A stretch of 64,000 bases of DNA from Octopus bimaculoides (GCF_001194135.2 NC_068990.1:55849597-55913596), one strand, 5' to 3'. Counted from the first letter of the stretch, positions 1-13,094 are shown. The notes: generated from the sequence alone by a model not told the origin. Translations and numbers: made by a program.

Positions 1-322
1 CTTAATTTTTGTTTTAAAGCCTGGTACATATTCTATCGGTCTCATTTTGCCGAAGCACTTACTTATGGGCGCGTAAATAAACCAACTCCGGTTTACCAGT
101 GGTAGTGGGAGATAAACATAATCGTAGTACACACACACACATACACGCGCGCGCGCGTGATGGGTTTCTTTCAGTTTCCGACTACTACCAAATCCAGCCA
201 CAAAAGCTTTTGTTGGCCCCGGGTTATAGTAGCAGGCACTTTCCGAAGGTGATGCCCAGCAATAGGACCGAACCCGAAGCCCGATAGTTGGGAAACTTCT
301 TATCACATAGCCACGCCTGCGC
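1..322 (-). mobile_element. tRNA-headed SINE, family B (cut by window edge)
   Basis: Matches the 7422-7822 copy (ctattcggtctc..gccgaa; gggtttctttcagtttccg-ctaccaaatcca; ccacgcctgcgc), with the internal (CA)n/(CG)n tract. Confidence 0.8.
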
Positions 323-1262
323 TTTCCGTTTCTTAGTGTCTTCATTATTGCACACTTTCCCTTTTGTTCTCTGATAAACACAAACTCTTTTCTAATTATG
401 TCTTCGAATTGTACATTGATAATAAAGGATGAAACAACTGATATAATAAGTGACCGTCAGAGTAAGCTGAAGTGGTCTCACATTAATGAAAGCCTGTATT
501 GGCATTGTTTTGTTTTTCTATTTGTAACACCATTACAGAACTTAAGTTTTTTTTTAAATATAACAAATATCGTGTAATTAAAATCTACACAAATATCAAT
601 GTATGACAATTTGGTATAATTAAAGTACTATTTTGTTTAGATCAAAAGCAAGATGGTTGGATAATATCCTGGGTCTCAGCTGGTCACGCTTAGGAATTCA
701 GCCGGAAAATCTAATAATAGTTGCTTTTGATAGGACCCTAAGGATGAGATACCTGAGGACTGTACGCACCCCGGCCCTCCCAGGAATCGCGAGTAGAGAA
801 GATGGATGGATGGATGTTTCTAAATGTTTTTGTCATTTTCCAAGTAAGGGAAGAAATTTTCATATTTGACATGTTGATTTTTAAGGATTATTGAAATAAG
901 AATTGAATTTTAACCATTCTGATCTGAGTTAGTACCTTATTCTCTTAATGTTTAAAGAATGTAAGAAACAGGAATTTTGCTGATAGTTGGCATGGAGAAT
1001 CATAGTGTGGGAAATTTCTACTCCAAAATAATCGTACATGACTAAAAAAAAAAAAAAAAGGAAAAGAAAAAACAAAGATCGCCAACATCACTAGGAATTT
1101 TCGACTGAGCGATAAACAAAATTTGTAGAAATTAATGTCTTTCATTAAATGGTGATTAGCTCCAATCTAAAATCTTAGTACTTCGTATCTGAGTTAAATG
1201 TAATCGCAAGAATTCTAGGAGACTAGTAGGTCAGCCGTTCCGACAAGTGTCGATATAGTAAA

Positions 1263-1263
<1 letters not shown>

Positions 1264-1317
<54 letters not shown>
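1264..1317. repeat. (TG)n(TA)n microsatellite
   Basis: Direct reading. Confidence 0.95.
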
Positions 1318-1320
<3 letters not shown>

Positions 1321-1679
1321 TTATTCTAGCTGTCAGTAATGTTCAGCAGTAACGAATAACAAGATTGATATGAAATAAAAGAAAATTGTAGAGAAAAGTA
1401 TGGCCAATTGAACAAATCGCCAAAACATTGAAGTTTCATATTCTATCGACCTATGGTTGTACCAATAACCCCACCCCATCTCCCTCTGTCACACACACAC
1501 ATATACATATACATGCGTATGTATGCACGTATGCATAGTTTGTGGGTGTATTTGGTGGTGTAGCCATTTCATTTTTTCTCCTTTCCGCTGACGCATGCAG
1601 TCGACTAAAGAGCCTGGTGAACGAAATCGTGGTCCGGGTATTAATCCTTGTTTATCTAAGAAAAAACTAACACATAACA

Positions 1680-1836
1680 ACACACATACATACATACATA
1701 CATACAAACATACATACATACATACATACAAACATACATACATACATACATACATGCATACATTCAAACACACATACATACACACCCGCACATACACATA
1801 TACGGGTGATACATAACCACCAGGATAGTTCATCTA

Positions 1837-1894
<58 letters not shown>

Positions 1895-1900
1895 GTACAC
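1680..1900. repeat. Compound (CATA)n, (CT)n, (CA)n microsatellites
   Basis: Direct reading; source of the MYVC-type ORFs. Confidence 0.9.
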
Positions 1901-2699
1901 CCACACTTTTTCTCTTTCCTTCCATAGACAAGTTAAAGTGAGAGAGCCTCCCTGTGGTTGTTCAACATGCCAGAAGTAACAGCCAAATATTCTTTTCAAA
2001 TCGCAACCTTGAACACCTTAGGAAAGGAATAGTAAACTAGATAATGTAATTCTATATAACTAATGATGGTCATGGCTGGGATACTGCTGGTATTCACAGG
2101 TATGCTTGGTGAGGTCTGACTGGAGCCAAGCAACAACTAGGACTGCAACGATACACAACCAGCTACTAATGATTATAAGTGAATCCCTAAATTCACACAA
2201 CCCACAAAATAAATCGAAGGTTTATATGACCAAGCGAGAAGGAGAGGGAGAGAGAGAGAAAGACAGAGGTGAAAGAGAATTCTTAGCAATCGGCCTCTAT
2301 TAGAATTCTCTCATTTTTACAGAACACAAACCTATTCTATTGTATATATTTCATTGAAATGATGATTACGTTGTGTGAAAAACGAAAATCCTATCGGCAC
2401 CCTCTGGGTTCATAATGCTCTTATGAAGTCACTCCATCGTCACCTTAATCTGTGAATTCATTAGAATTTCATGAGGCATCACTCTCTTCCTCTTTCTCTC
2501 TCCCTTTTCCTCCCCTCTCTCTTTCTCCATTAGATTCGATGCGAGCACTTCGCTGTAGCTTTACTATTGAAGAGACACGAGTAAAGTGGAGACTTTGAGC
2601 ATAGAACGCAAAAAAAAAAAAAAAGAAAAACCCAGAGCAGATAACACAAGGAGTCGTGTTTGACTCTAACACTTTCGCTAATCCGCTGCCTTCGATTGA

Positions 2700-2810
2700 T
2701 GTATTACTTATTGAACACCCTAGAAAGATGAGAAATAAGATTGATTTCGACGGGATTTGAACTCAAAGCAGCAGACACTAGAGCAAATACGGTAAGACAT
2801 TCTATCTGAC
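2700..2810 (-). mobile_element. Degenerate SINE family A fragment
   Basis: gatttgaactc (B box, reverse) and tcgacgggatttg resemble the family A copy at 26626-26825. Confidence 0.5.
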
Positions 2811-2817
2811 AGCCGAC

Positions 2818-3007
2818 CAGTGGTTCCCAACCCTTTTATTTAAATGAGTTTTCTCACGGACCCTTTGTAATATGCTTATCCTTATGTATGTATATATATA
2901 TATATGAAATTTTGAATTTAGTTCACGGACCTCCAGTACTACCTTTGCGGACCACCAGGGGTTCACGGACCACCAGGGGTCCACGGACCCCAGGTTGGGA
3001 ACTACTG
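2818..3007. mobile_element. hAT (Charlie-like) MITE, 190 bp
   Basis: 15-bp TIRs CAGTGGTTCCCAACC / GGTTGGGAACTACTG (1 mismatch); repeated subterminal CGGACC motifs; flanking 8-mers cagccgac / cattagac (5/8, decayed TSD). Confidence 0.75.
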
Positions 3008-3299
3008 CATTAGACTATCATTTTGCTCATGATTGCTGCCGTTGATTACGAATAATTTCCTTCTAAATTTGCTTCGTGTTAGCTAATACATTTATATAAT
3101 TCGATTGCGATATTTCTATCACGACAATCGTGATTTTTTCCTGGATTATTGTTTTCAGAGTTAAGTTCTTCAATAGGCTTGCTTCATTTAAGATATCAAG
3201 GGAAATTTGGCTGTTATTTCTTTTAACACCCTTCAATCTCTCTACTCCTGTTTCTTGAAAAATTGCTCAGTCTATATATAATTTGACTTCAACCTATCC

Positions 3300-3663
3300 A
3301 ATGCTGAAATTTCCACCTCACATCTGTTTCGGGTTCCATATGACCCCTTATTGCCTATATAAGATTTTGGTGGTCCACACAAACAAAACAGAAAATTGCG
3401 GAACCACAGTAGTATTTTATGGTTCCATGAAAATATTTTGCTTCAGATGTATTTATTTATTACAAAAGACAGCTACGTTTCTTTCTCTGACGTTTTAAAT
3501 AGCTTAGCTTACACAAGTGAATGTATAAATACCAAAATAGGAATTTTGAAAGAAGAATCTATAAAACTAGATTTTAAATATCAAATGGCTATGGGGGTCC
3601 ACCAGCATAGAATAATAATCAAAGGGTCCACAGGTAATTAAAAAAATGGCTGAGAATCCCTGA
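3300..3663. mobile_element. Possible non-autonomous hAT element; only the right end is recognisable
   Basis: Ends in ggctgagaatccctg (hAT-like TIR) preceded by ggggtccac/gggtccac motifs; left TIR not found. Confidence 0.3.
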
Positions 3664-3923
3664 TCTACGACTAAACCACAACAATTAAATATTAACCTTC
3701 AGACTTCACTACATTATTCCGACCGCCATCATCCGATAGGAGTGTTTAAAATATTAAGGTCATTGCTACTCACCCTCACCATGTAAATTCCAAAGTGCTA
3801 TAAGATTCTAAAATCACAACTACGTATCAGTTGAAAAACAGAGCAACAGAAACAGTTGAAAAGCATTTAATCATAAAAAGAATTATCTCCAAGGGTTTAA
3901 TTCTATCGACTTTNNNNNNNNNN

Positions 3924-4014
<91 letters not shown>
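3924..4014. repeat. (GA)n microsatellite next to a 10-N gap
   Basis: Direct reading. Confidence 0.95.
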
Positions 4015-4229
4015 TGAAATTGGAAAGTTTGGTAAATATAGGGCCTAACTCTGGGATGCATTGTTTGAGGGGTACGTCAGGGCTTTTGGCCTCTTTGGTT
4101 TGAAGCGACAGGAGTTGCTTTCGTACTGTGTGTGTGTGTTAGTGGGAAAGAAGGGATAGTTTTTGAGATTTATCAAATGTGTATAGTGTATGCAAAACGG
4201 GTAGCAATATGGATATATATTCCGCGTGA

Positions 4230-5330
4230 GTATTGATTATAAAAACATCATATTTGAGAAGTGGCGGAATGGCAAATTCCTACAAGTTGCTAGAGATCTT
4301 TTGGGCATTTACCAAAAAGATCTCTACACCTGTTTCTTGGAGCGAGAGAGCATGGGGGCTGTGCAATGCGCAGAGACATCCTTTGTGGCTGAGATGAAGA
4401 TAGTGCAGGAATTAAGATCTTGGAGCAGAATCATTCAGTTTGTATATGTATGTGATCTTCTCCAAGTGCTGCCGGTCGTGTTTTTTTTTTTTTTTTTACC
4501 AAAGTGCTGCAATGCATCTATGATTGAACTATTTGGGAGACTTGCTGCTTCGGGCTTTGGTTGTGTGTAGAGTGTTGAGAGGTGAACCTGAAGGATAGTT
4601 TTAATCACATATTTAACTATTTCTGATGTCAGATATGAAGCGTATGTGACGCTAAGGATAGTTAGCATAGAAAAAGTGGAGTTCCTGCTAGTCAGCTGAT
4701 TTGAAGTGACATACAGCTCGGTAAATTGGATGCGTTGGTTTGTATGTGGATATTTGATAGGTTGTCGCAGTAAGACAGTGATAAAATGACTCGATAGGTG
4801 CAGAGACGGGATAGTTTGGGTGAATTTGGGTCTGGAAGGGAGAAAGAGCTCGGGGTTGAGCATTGAAGTGACAGAAGATGATTAATTTAGAGAAGTGTGA
4901 AACAAGAGAGAGGTTCGCAATATAAAAATAGATATAATCGAAGAATTGTTGGTGTTTGCAGGAGTTAATGGAGTTGTAGAAAAGCAGGTATATTAAGAGG
5001 AGTGAAGGCGGAGACTTTTGAGCCAGAGTAACTGGAAGGTTTTTGTTGCTGATACCAGTGAGAAAGGTGAGTTGTAGTGATGAGAGTGAATCTACATGGT
5101 CGTAGATACCACCTTTCGAAGCGACGTTGAAATAAAGAATATAGCCGGGACAGAAGAGATGCTCTATAAATAAGGGTTGAGAGAGGAACAAGATAAGTTT
5201 TTTTTTTTTTTGCTTGTGAAGAGGTAATCTGTGAGGTATGATTTAGATAAGAGAATATGGATGTTAAAGAAGAGGAGGGAACATTTCCAGTGTGTTTAGT
5301 TTTAGTTTTTGTAATCAAAGGAAATGTACA
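4230..5330 (-). mobile_element. Decayed LINE (CR1/Jockey group): APE endonuclease plus linker remnant
   Basis: Broken minus-strand frames give CPGYILYFNVASKGG, LIIFCHFNA (cf. IILGDFNA), RQPIKYP..LYVTSN (cf. QPTRIP..LDLFLTSN), TIFISAT and RSFW (linker motifs), in the expected order. Confidence 0.55.
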
Positions 5331-5391
5331 GAATATCGGTGTGCGTTAGGGTCACTACAACCTCCTGTCGCCAGAACGACTATATATTGAT

Positions 5392-5431
5392 AATTTCTGG
5401 ATTGCTAAGAATTCTTAGCAATCCAGGAATT
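5392..5431. repeat. Perfect 30-bp loopless palindrome (5397-5426), extending to 40 bp with one mismatch
   Basis: ctggattgctaagaa|ttcttagcaatccag equals its own reverse complement; flanked by aatt on both sides. Confidence 0.95.
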
Positions 5432-6248
5432 GCAGGTAGAAGAATGACATGCGCATATTTCCTGTTTGTTAATTGATCAAACGAAAGGGCAGTCCAAATG
5501 CTTTTTAAAATACGTGTATCAGGTATGAAAAACATGTGTATGGGTTAATAATAATATATCACATTAACAAGTTGATACTGAATATTATTAATATTGTTTC
5601 AATCTATGTCTTTAGATATTTTTCATCGAGCCAAATGTTGAAAAATATCGATGGACTATGTTACTTACCGTCCTGTGGTCATCATTTCGCAGTTAGTCCG
5701 AATGTCAAGTTCTCTTCGAAAGCACAGACTAAGCAGAAGTTAAAGCTACTGTTTTTAGTCGAAAGAAATTGGGGAGCAAAGTTAGTGAGTAGTAGTAGTT
5801 AGTCATTTAGTTGTTCAGTTGGTGCGTGGTCGCTGTCCAATCGAATCTCTTCAGAATATTTAACAGATAGCCATATATGGATGGGGTCAACTTCCAGTGA
5901 CAGATGCTTTTTACTCATTTCACTACTACCTCCACGCTAATTGATCTTTAAAAGGGGATGCCAAACTGACCAATCAGATATCATCCTATTAGGCTATCTG
6001 CGAGATATAAGGGCCTAGGATAAATAAAAAAATAATAATAATAATAACAATAATATAGGAAAAAACAAAGATAAATCAATTAAACAAAAACAAAAGTAAA
6101 ATAAATGAAAAAGAAGATACAAGTCATGTAAAAAAAGAAGAAAGAAAAAGAAAGTGTTTAAAATAGTTTTGTTAAAAGAATGGATTTATTTTTTGTAGAA
6201 CATAGCAAAATACAAATATGTCTGTTCTTGTTTTCTTTCCTTTTTCAG

Positions 6249-6298
6249 AATGAAACCATAGCTTAATTTAAAGAATAATGACTGGTTGTTTCTCGGTG
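6249..6298 (+). other. Candidate 50-nt exon, possibly containing a start codon (MTGCFSV, phase 0)
   Basis: Acceptor ttgttttctttcctttttcag|A and donor GTG|gtaaat; ATG at 6278 with A at -3; no homology evidence. Confidence 0.25.
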
Positions 6299-7421
6299 GT
6301 AAATAACCTTTATCATGACGAGTGTTGTATTACTTTGCCTGCCCAGGAATATAAGAATCATACCAATAACCATTATAAGAAAGATATACAAAGAAGAAAA
6401 TTTAGGTTATTGTTAATCTAATTAATGCAGAGTACATTAAAAAGTTAACAAGAAATAATTGTGTAAGAAGAAAAAAAATATCAGTAGCTAATATTATTTA
6501 AGTAAATACGGGAGACTACTCTGACCATATCTTGGTCTCATTATAACCTCATTAGCGAACTTTCCATAATACTGGTACAAGAGAATCAATAAATAAATGC
6601 ACAAAGTGTACATTGATTAGTGTAGGGACATCACAAAAGCTAACAAGAAATAATAATGAGCTAAGAAGAAAAATGCCTGACAACGTAACATTGGTCAATG
6701 ACCAGGAATATTTTAATCATAGCAAAAGAAAGTATTGGACAATTTTTCGATATATTTTGATTTTACTTAAACGTATGTGTATGTGTGCGTGTGTGTATAC
6801 ACACACACATATACACATACATAAATGTAGGAACAGTGAATCTCGAAGCAAATAAAGCTGTAAATAACAGCATGTAAATATTGGATTAAAATCACTTTGA
6901 ATAAAAAGGTCGAAGGATGCCCGTGGGACTCAAACCCACATCTCCTATGAACATGTTAGGTATTCTACCATTGGCCCAAGGTAATTCTTAAAATTCCTAT
7001 CCATTTTAAAAACTTTATTCTTAAACACTAGTATTTCTCGCTTTATTTGCTTTCAGATACAGCTTTTCTATTTCACGTACTCGCAGTTTCTAAATTCTGA
7101 TGACATGAGCAATATATATATATATATATANNNNNNNNNNNNNNNNNNNNNNNNNNNNNNNNNNNNNNNNNNNNNNNNNNNNNNNNNNNNNNNNNNNNNN
7201 NNNNNNNNNNNNNNNNNNNNNNNNNNNNNNNNNNNNNNNNNNNNNNNNNNNNNNNNNNNNNNNNNNNNNNNNNNNNNNNNNNNNNNNNNNNNNNNNNNNN
7301 NNNNNNNNNNNNNNNNNNNNNNNNNNNNNNNNNNNNNNNNNNNNNNNNNNNNNNNNNNNNNNNNNNNNNNNNNNNNNNNNNNNNNNNNNNNNNNNNNNNN
7401 NNNNNNNNNNNNATATATATA

Positions 7422-7822
7422 TACTCTTTTACTTGTTTCAGTCATTTGACTGCGGCCATGCTGGAGCTCCGCCTTTAGTCGAGCAAATCGACCCCAGCAC
7501 CTATTCTTTGTAAGTTTAGTACTTATTCTATCGGTCTCTTTTGCCGAACCGCTAAGTTACGAGGGCGAAAACTCACCAGCATCGGTTGTCAAGCGATGTT
7601 GGGGGGACAAACACAGACACACAAACACACACATATATATACATACATATACATATATACGACGGGCTTCTTTCAGTTTCCGTCTACCAAATCCACTCAC
7701 AAGGCTTTGGTCGGCCCAAGGCTATAGTAGAAGACACTTGCCGAAGGTGCCACGCAGTGGAACTGAACCCGGAACCATGTGGTCGGTAAGCAAGCTACTT
7801 AAAACACAGCCACTCCTGCGCC
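7422..7822 (-). mobile_element. SINE family B, near full length
   Basis: Reverse strand: tRNA-like head (A box tggctgtgt, B box ggttcagttcc), ggcaagtgtcttctactatagcc body, central (TA)/(TG) microsatellite, tail gactgaaacaagtaaaagagta. Confidence 0.9.
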
Positions 7823-8257
7823 TATATATGTATATATATATATATAAAATATATATATGATATACACATATGTATAATATATATATGATGTGTATATGTA
7901 AAATATGTATATACAATATATATAATATTTATAAATATAATATATATGTATATGTATATAATATATAAGTGTATATATATAATATATATAATATACATAT
8001 ATAATATATATATATGTAGAGGGAGAGAGAGAATAAAAGAATACATTTTATATATATTGTTTTATTCTTTTATATGCTCCAGCCTTGAGGCTTCGGCCAT
8101 GTTGGGGTACCGCCAATATATATATAATGTTAAGACAATTTTATGCTAGTATAAAAATATAGAATTATATAAATCTTCCGAATATTTTTGATTAGTTATT
8201 CATTGAAATAACTCTGATTGAGAAATAGAAGCGTGTTTGGATGATGTCCTTTCTACT

Positions 8258-8378
8258 CTAGGCACAGGGCCTGAAATCTTGGGGAAGAAGGCTAGTCGAT
8301 TTTCATCGACCCCAGTACTCTATTGATACTTATTTTATTGATCCCGAAAGGATGAGTGGCGAAGTTGACCTCGGCGGC
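8258..8378 (-). mobile_element. SINE family A, 3' part
   Basis: Reverse of gccgaggtcaacttcgcc..catcctttcgggatcaataaaataagta..ttcaggccctgtgcc. Confidence 0.75.
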
Positions 8379-8509
8379 TAACGTGTTTGAATATTTTCAA
8401 GAATGTGACGAACTTGCAACTTGGTGAACTGTTAAGTATATCAGGGAAATACACAAAGAAATCCGCGATGGCGACCCATATATTTCAACCTGCTGAGAAT
8501 ATATGATAC

Positions 8510-8695
8510 CTGATGCTAATGATGATGAGGAGGAGGAGGGGAAAGAAAGAGTAGGATAAGGAGAAGGGGTATGATGAAGATGATGATGATAATAAAGAGG
8601 AGGGTGAGGACGAAGAAGAAAAAAACGATGGTGATGATGATGATGATATTCATGATAATGATGAAGATGATCATGACGATGGTGATGATGAGGAT
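8510..8695. repeat. Degenerate (GAT/GAG/GAA)n trinucleotide tract
   Basis: Period-3 GAN repeats. Confidence 0.8.
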
Positions 8696-8920
8696 ATCTT
8701 AAGCATTCGCTTAAGACAAGACAAAAAAGAATTCATGAAAGGTAAGTTATGCTTTTTTCAGAACTTACTTTCAATCTTTCCTCTCTAGCAGAATCTAGAT
8801 AGATATCGCCCTAAGTCAAAATTTTATCGCAGAAAACAAGGATTACTAATGAATATTCAATTTCACTTTTAGCTTAAGACAAACCTCATTTAGATACTGG
8901 TGGTTTTATCATACACACTA

Positions 8921-9231
8921 GGTGCTACCGTTGCTGTGTGGTAAGAAGTTTTCTTCCCAACCATATGATTCCGGGTTTAACCCCACTGCGTGACACCTAG
9001 GGTAAGTATCTTCTACTATTGCCACGGGCTGACCAAAGCCTTGTGAGTGGATTTGGTAGAGGGAAACAGAAAGAAGCCCTTCGGTAATCTGAACTTGAAC
9101 GAGCCCGGGTTTCTGTTAAAAGCCCGTGAAACCTTAAGTCGCTTGGAGCCGAATCAAAATGTTTTAAATAATCATATCAAATATGTTGATTACATTTTAA
9201 TTTCGTTTGTCAACTCGCTCGTATACACTCA

Positions 9232-9276
<45 letters not shown>

Positions 9277-9720
9277 NNNNNNNNNNNNNNNNNNNNNNNN
9301 NNNNNNNNNNNNNNNNNNNNNNNNNNNNNNNNNNNNNNNNNNNNNNNNNNNNNNNNNNNNNNNNNNNNNNNNNNNNNNNNNNNNNNNNNNNNNNNNNNNN
9401 NNNNNNNNNNNNNNNNNNNNNNNNNNNNNNNNNNNNNNNNNNNNNATATATATATATATATACATACGCATTCACACACACACGCACACCTGTGTGTATG
9501 TATCATGGTGTTTGTGTTTGTTTGTCCCCCATCACTACTTGACAGCTGAGATTGGTTACCTAGCGGTTCGGTGAAGAGATCGATAGGATAAATATGAAAC
9601 GAAAAAAAAAAAAAAGAAAAAAAGGGAACTGGGGTTGATTTATTCAACTAAAAACAAACCCCTTTAGGTGATACCCCGGTATGGTCGCAGTCAAATTACT
9701 GAAAAAAAAGGGGAAAAGAT
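8921..9720 (+). mobile_element. SINE family B split by unique sequence, (CA)n and an N-gap
   Basis: 5' half 8921-9079 (gctgtgtggtaagaag..gaaagaagccc); 3' half about 9490-9720 (tgtttgtcccc..tagcggttcgg..ggtcgcagtc). Confidence 0.75.
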
Positions 9721-10202
9721 GCTTATTTTTGTTTGTTTGTTTCTTTATTTCTCCAACCCATTTTTTGTTTCGTTTTGCCTTTTCTTTCTGTTTCTTTCCA
9801 CCTTTATGAAGTAAATTAAATATATATTTAAGAGTAACTCTCCCATCCCATTGTATTAACAGTTTAATTGATCAATATCAAATCTGAAGAAGGGGGAAAT
9901 TAACGCAAAGTTTCAACGACTTTTACTGCCTCTGTCATTTTACTGACTAGTCCTTAAATAAAATAAATAAATAGATAAAATATAGGTATTATAAGTGATG
10001 AACGAAAGAAGCTATAAGTATGTGTAGTAACTGTGAACTGAACACATATACACATAGGCATATACGTATGTCCATATACAATATACATGCACACACACAA
10101 TGCATACACATGCATATATAGAGACACACATACATATATATATAGATACACACACATATATACATACTTATATATACATACATAAATAAACACGTACACG
10201 CA

Positions 10203-10321
<119 letters not shown>

Positions 10322-10490
10322 CAGGAACACAGACATACATGCATATGCACGCAAACACATACACATTCATATATAAAGATAGAGAAACAAAGATATAGTG
10401 CTTAAAATAATTTTAACAAAACAAAGTTTGAAAACAATTTTTCCAACCTCTCTAAGCTATCGGTAAATAACAGGCCTTTACTGAGGTGAG

Positions 10491-11300
10491 TTGGGGAAAA
10501 AACCCCCAATAACTGTCAAGTTAAAAGTTATTGTCGATATCGCTAGGTGTGATAAAAAAAGGTATGATAACTTGTATTGGGATATCAATACCTTCTTGTA
10601 TACGGTTGCTGTCACTCGGAAGGAACACCTGGAAGACACAGTGATGAAGAAACTCCACATAAACAACTCAGGTGGGTAACGACACTAGATGAAAGCATAA
10701 ACGACCTCCGACGCAGAATCTGAGTTAAGTACTATTATAATGTAAAGCGAACAATAAGTTCACAGCACAGGAACACTAGTTCATGGGAAAATTAGTAAAG
10801 AGTGTACAGAAGTTCTACTCAAAATCTTGAGGAAAAATTAATAACTTAAAACAATGAACTCAAGACCCAGAAAAAGTCCGTTATCGAAGAATTTTTTTTA
10901 GAGCAAGCCAGTATTAACCACAACTTTGTCTCTACGCTATAAGCTGTGGTGCTGGAGATGAAGAGAAACAGAATCTTTGTAAAAAGAGCTGTTTCCCTGG
11001 AAAATCTTAAATCAATTTGGTGTAAAATCTGGAATGAAAGGAAAGATTTTAATCAGAATGCAACTTGATTAGACACAAATGAAGAATGTTATACCAACAT
11101 CAATAGTAAAACTTATATGATCGTCGCGAAATAACTTTCACTAAAGTGGTGGGAATGCTGTATTACGGAAAGGCATTAAGAAAAAGACCGTATAGGTACT
11201 AGTACCAAATTCTGATTTTAATGAAATCTACAGCTTTGTCCATAGCCAGTCTAAACCTTATATACAAGCCTTACCAAACTGGCTGAATCAATTCTCCCAG
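10491..11300 (+). mobile_element. Decayed R4/Dong-like (RLE-type) non-LTR retrotransposon, region upstream of RT
   Basis: LYWDINTFLYTVAVT (cf. lwdiNcllYaaAvt), RWVTTLDESINDLRRRI (cf. pWkrRlekkI..LRkdI), SIWCKIWNERKDFNQNAT*L (cf. FW..IW....HN.NA.W), PNWL; right order, many stops and frameshifts; motif comparison from memory. Confidence 0.6.
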
Positions 11301-12035
11301 CTAAGTGTCAGCTATGCACAACTGAAAATTTCAACATTCTGAATGTAAACCAGCCACATCGGAAATATGAGAGAAGGAAATTTTTCTTCGTCCCTTCATG
11401 CTTGAAAAACTTTTACATGCTCAGAAACACTAAGATTTCAAACATATTCCTATACCTGTAAATTATGAATTGCAGCGAGGCTAAATATATAGCCAATACA
11501 CAGAATATTAACAGATCCGATTAGTAAAACCCATCTAAAATTTAAGCTAAATGCTGATTTGCCAGGACCAAGACCTTAGAAAAGGTGTTTTATGTGTACT
11601 CTGCTGAAAATACGTTTTAAAGACTAACAGTGATCTAGTATTCATGAAACTTAAAGAAATAGCGAAAAATAACGGGGGAAAAAAAAATTATTATACTCTA
11701 TATCTGGTACTGAGTAGGTTTTTCCTGTTTGTTATAATGTAAATGCACGCACGTGTGTATGTGTATATACACATATATGCATATGTACTTATATTTATAT
11801 ACGCTCATCTATATTAATAAATATCTACACGCATTTATGTATGCATGTATGTGTGTGTGTATGTATGAATATATACATCTATCTATCACTCTCTCTCTCT
11901 CTCACTGTCTCTGTCTGTGTGCCTGGCTCTCTCTCTGTATACACATATATATATATATATATATATTTATATACGCACATACACATATACACACAACCAT
12001 AGTCATGCCCATAAAAACTCGCATACGCACACGCA

Positions 12036-12087
<52 letters not shown>

Positions 12088-12272
12088 CTCTCTCTCTGTT
12101 TCTCACTATCTATCTATTTTACACACAGGCACATATAGAAAAATCGCAAGCATATTTTCGGAGCGTATTTCTGCGATGTCTAGATAAGCGAACTTCTAAA
12201 CTAACCGTTTATAAGTATCACCTTCAAAGCCTGTTCATTAAAAACTCATCTCACAACAAAACTATACCTAAG

Positions 12273-12390
12273 TCTTTCTTTCTTTCTTTCTTTCTTCCTG
12301 CCTGAACCGCCCCCACCACGCTTCCGTTCTTTTTTTGTTTGTTGGTTTCTTTTTTCCTTCTTTCTTTCTTTCTTTCTTTCTTTCTTTCCT

Positions 12391-12452
<62 letters not shown>
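12273..12452. repeat. (TTTC)n tract with an interruption
   Basis: Direct reading. Confidence 0.9.
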
Positions 12453-12453
<1 letters not shown>

Positions 12454-13036
12454 CTATCTCTTTTACTTCCTTCCTGACCATTTCGCTTTTTGATGAAAAC
12501 CTTCTTTTGCATTTTCTGGTCTTTTCTTCTACCTTTGTACGTAAAACTTTTCTTCAAGAAATATAATAATGATGATAAAACTATAAGCGTTTTCTTTTTC
12601 GTATTTACTTACTACGCAAATATGAAACGAAATCTATCACAACAACAACAACAACAACAACCACAATAACAGCAGCAACAACAACAACAACAATAATGTG
12701 AAGATGATGATAATGATGATACCAAATCATAAAAGAGAGATATGGGGGGGGGGGCAGAAAAATAAAGAAAAATAACAATAGAAAATAATACAAATAAAAA
12801 GCAAGGAAGCAAGGAAGCAAAATCATATGACAAATTCCCTCACTCAGTTCGTGTATCCCTGAGATAAAAACTAAATTCTTTACAAATTATGAACTATTGA
12901 TTCTTTATCTTTCATTACATACTAGTGTTCTTTCAGCTTCCGACTTTCTTTCATTCCCCCTCCTCCACCACTCCGAATCATTATCTTTATCATTATTAGT
13001 ACTGTTTTTATATATTTTTATATATTTCTCCCTCTG

Positions 13037-13085
<49 letters not shown>

Positions 13086-13094
13086 GTAGTAGTA

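Noticed and set aside
9085-9140. Hairpin followed by GAAAC inside the split SINE B
   Set aside because: No CUGANGA-type core upstream
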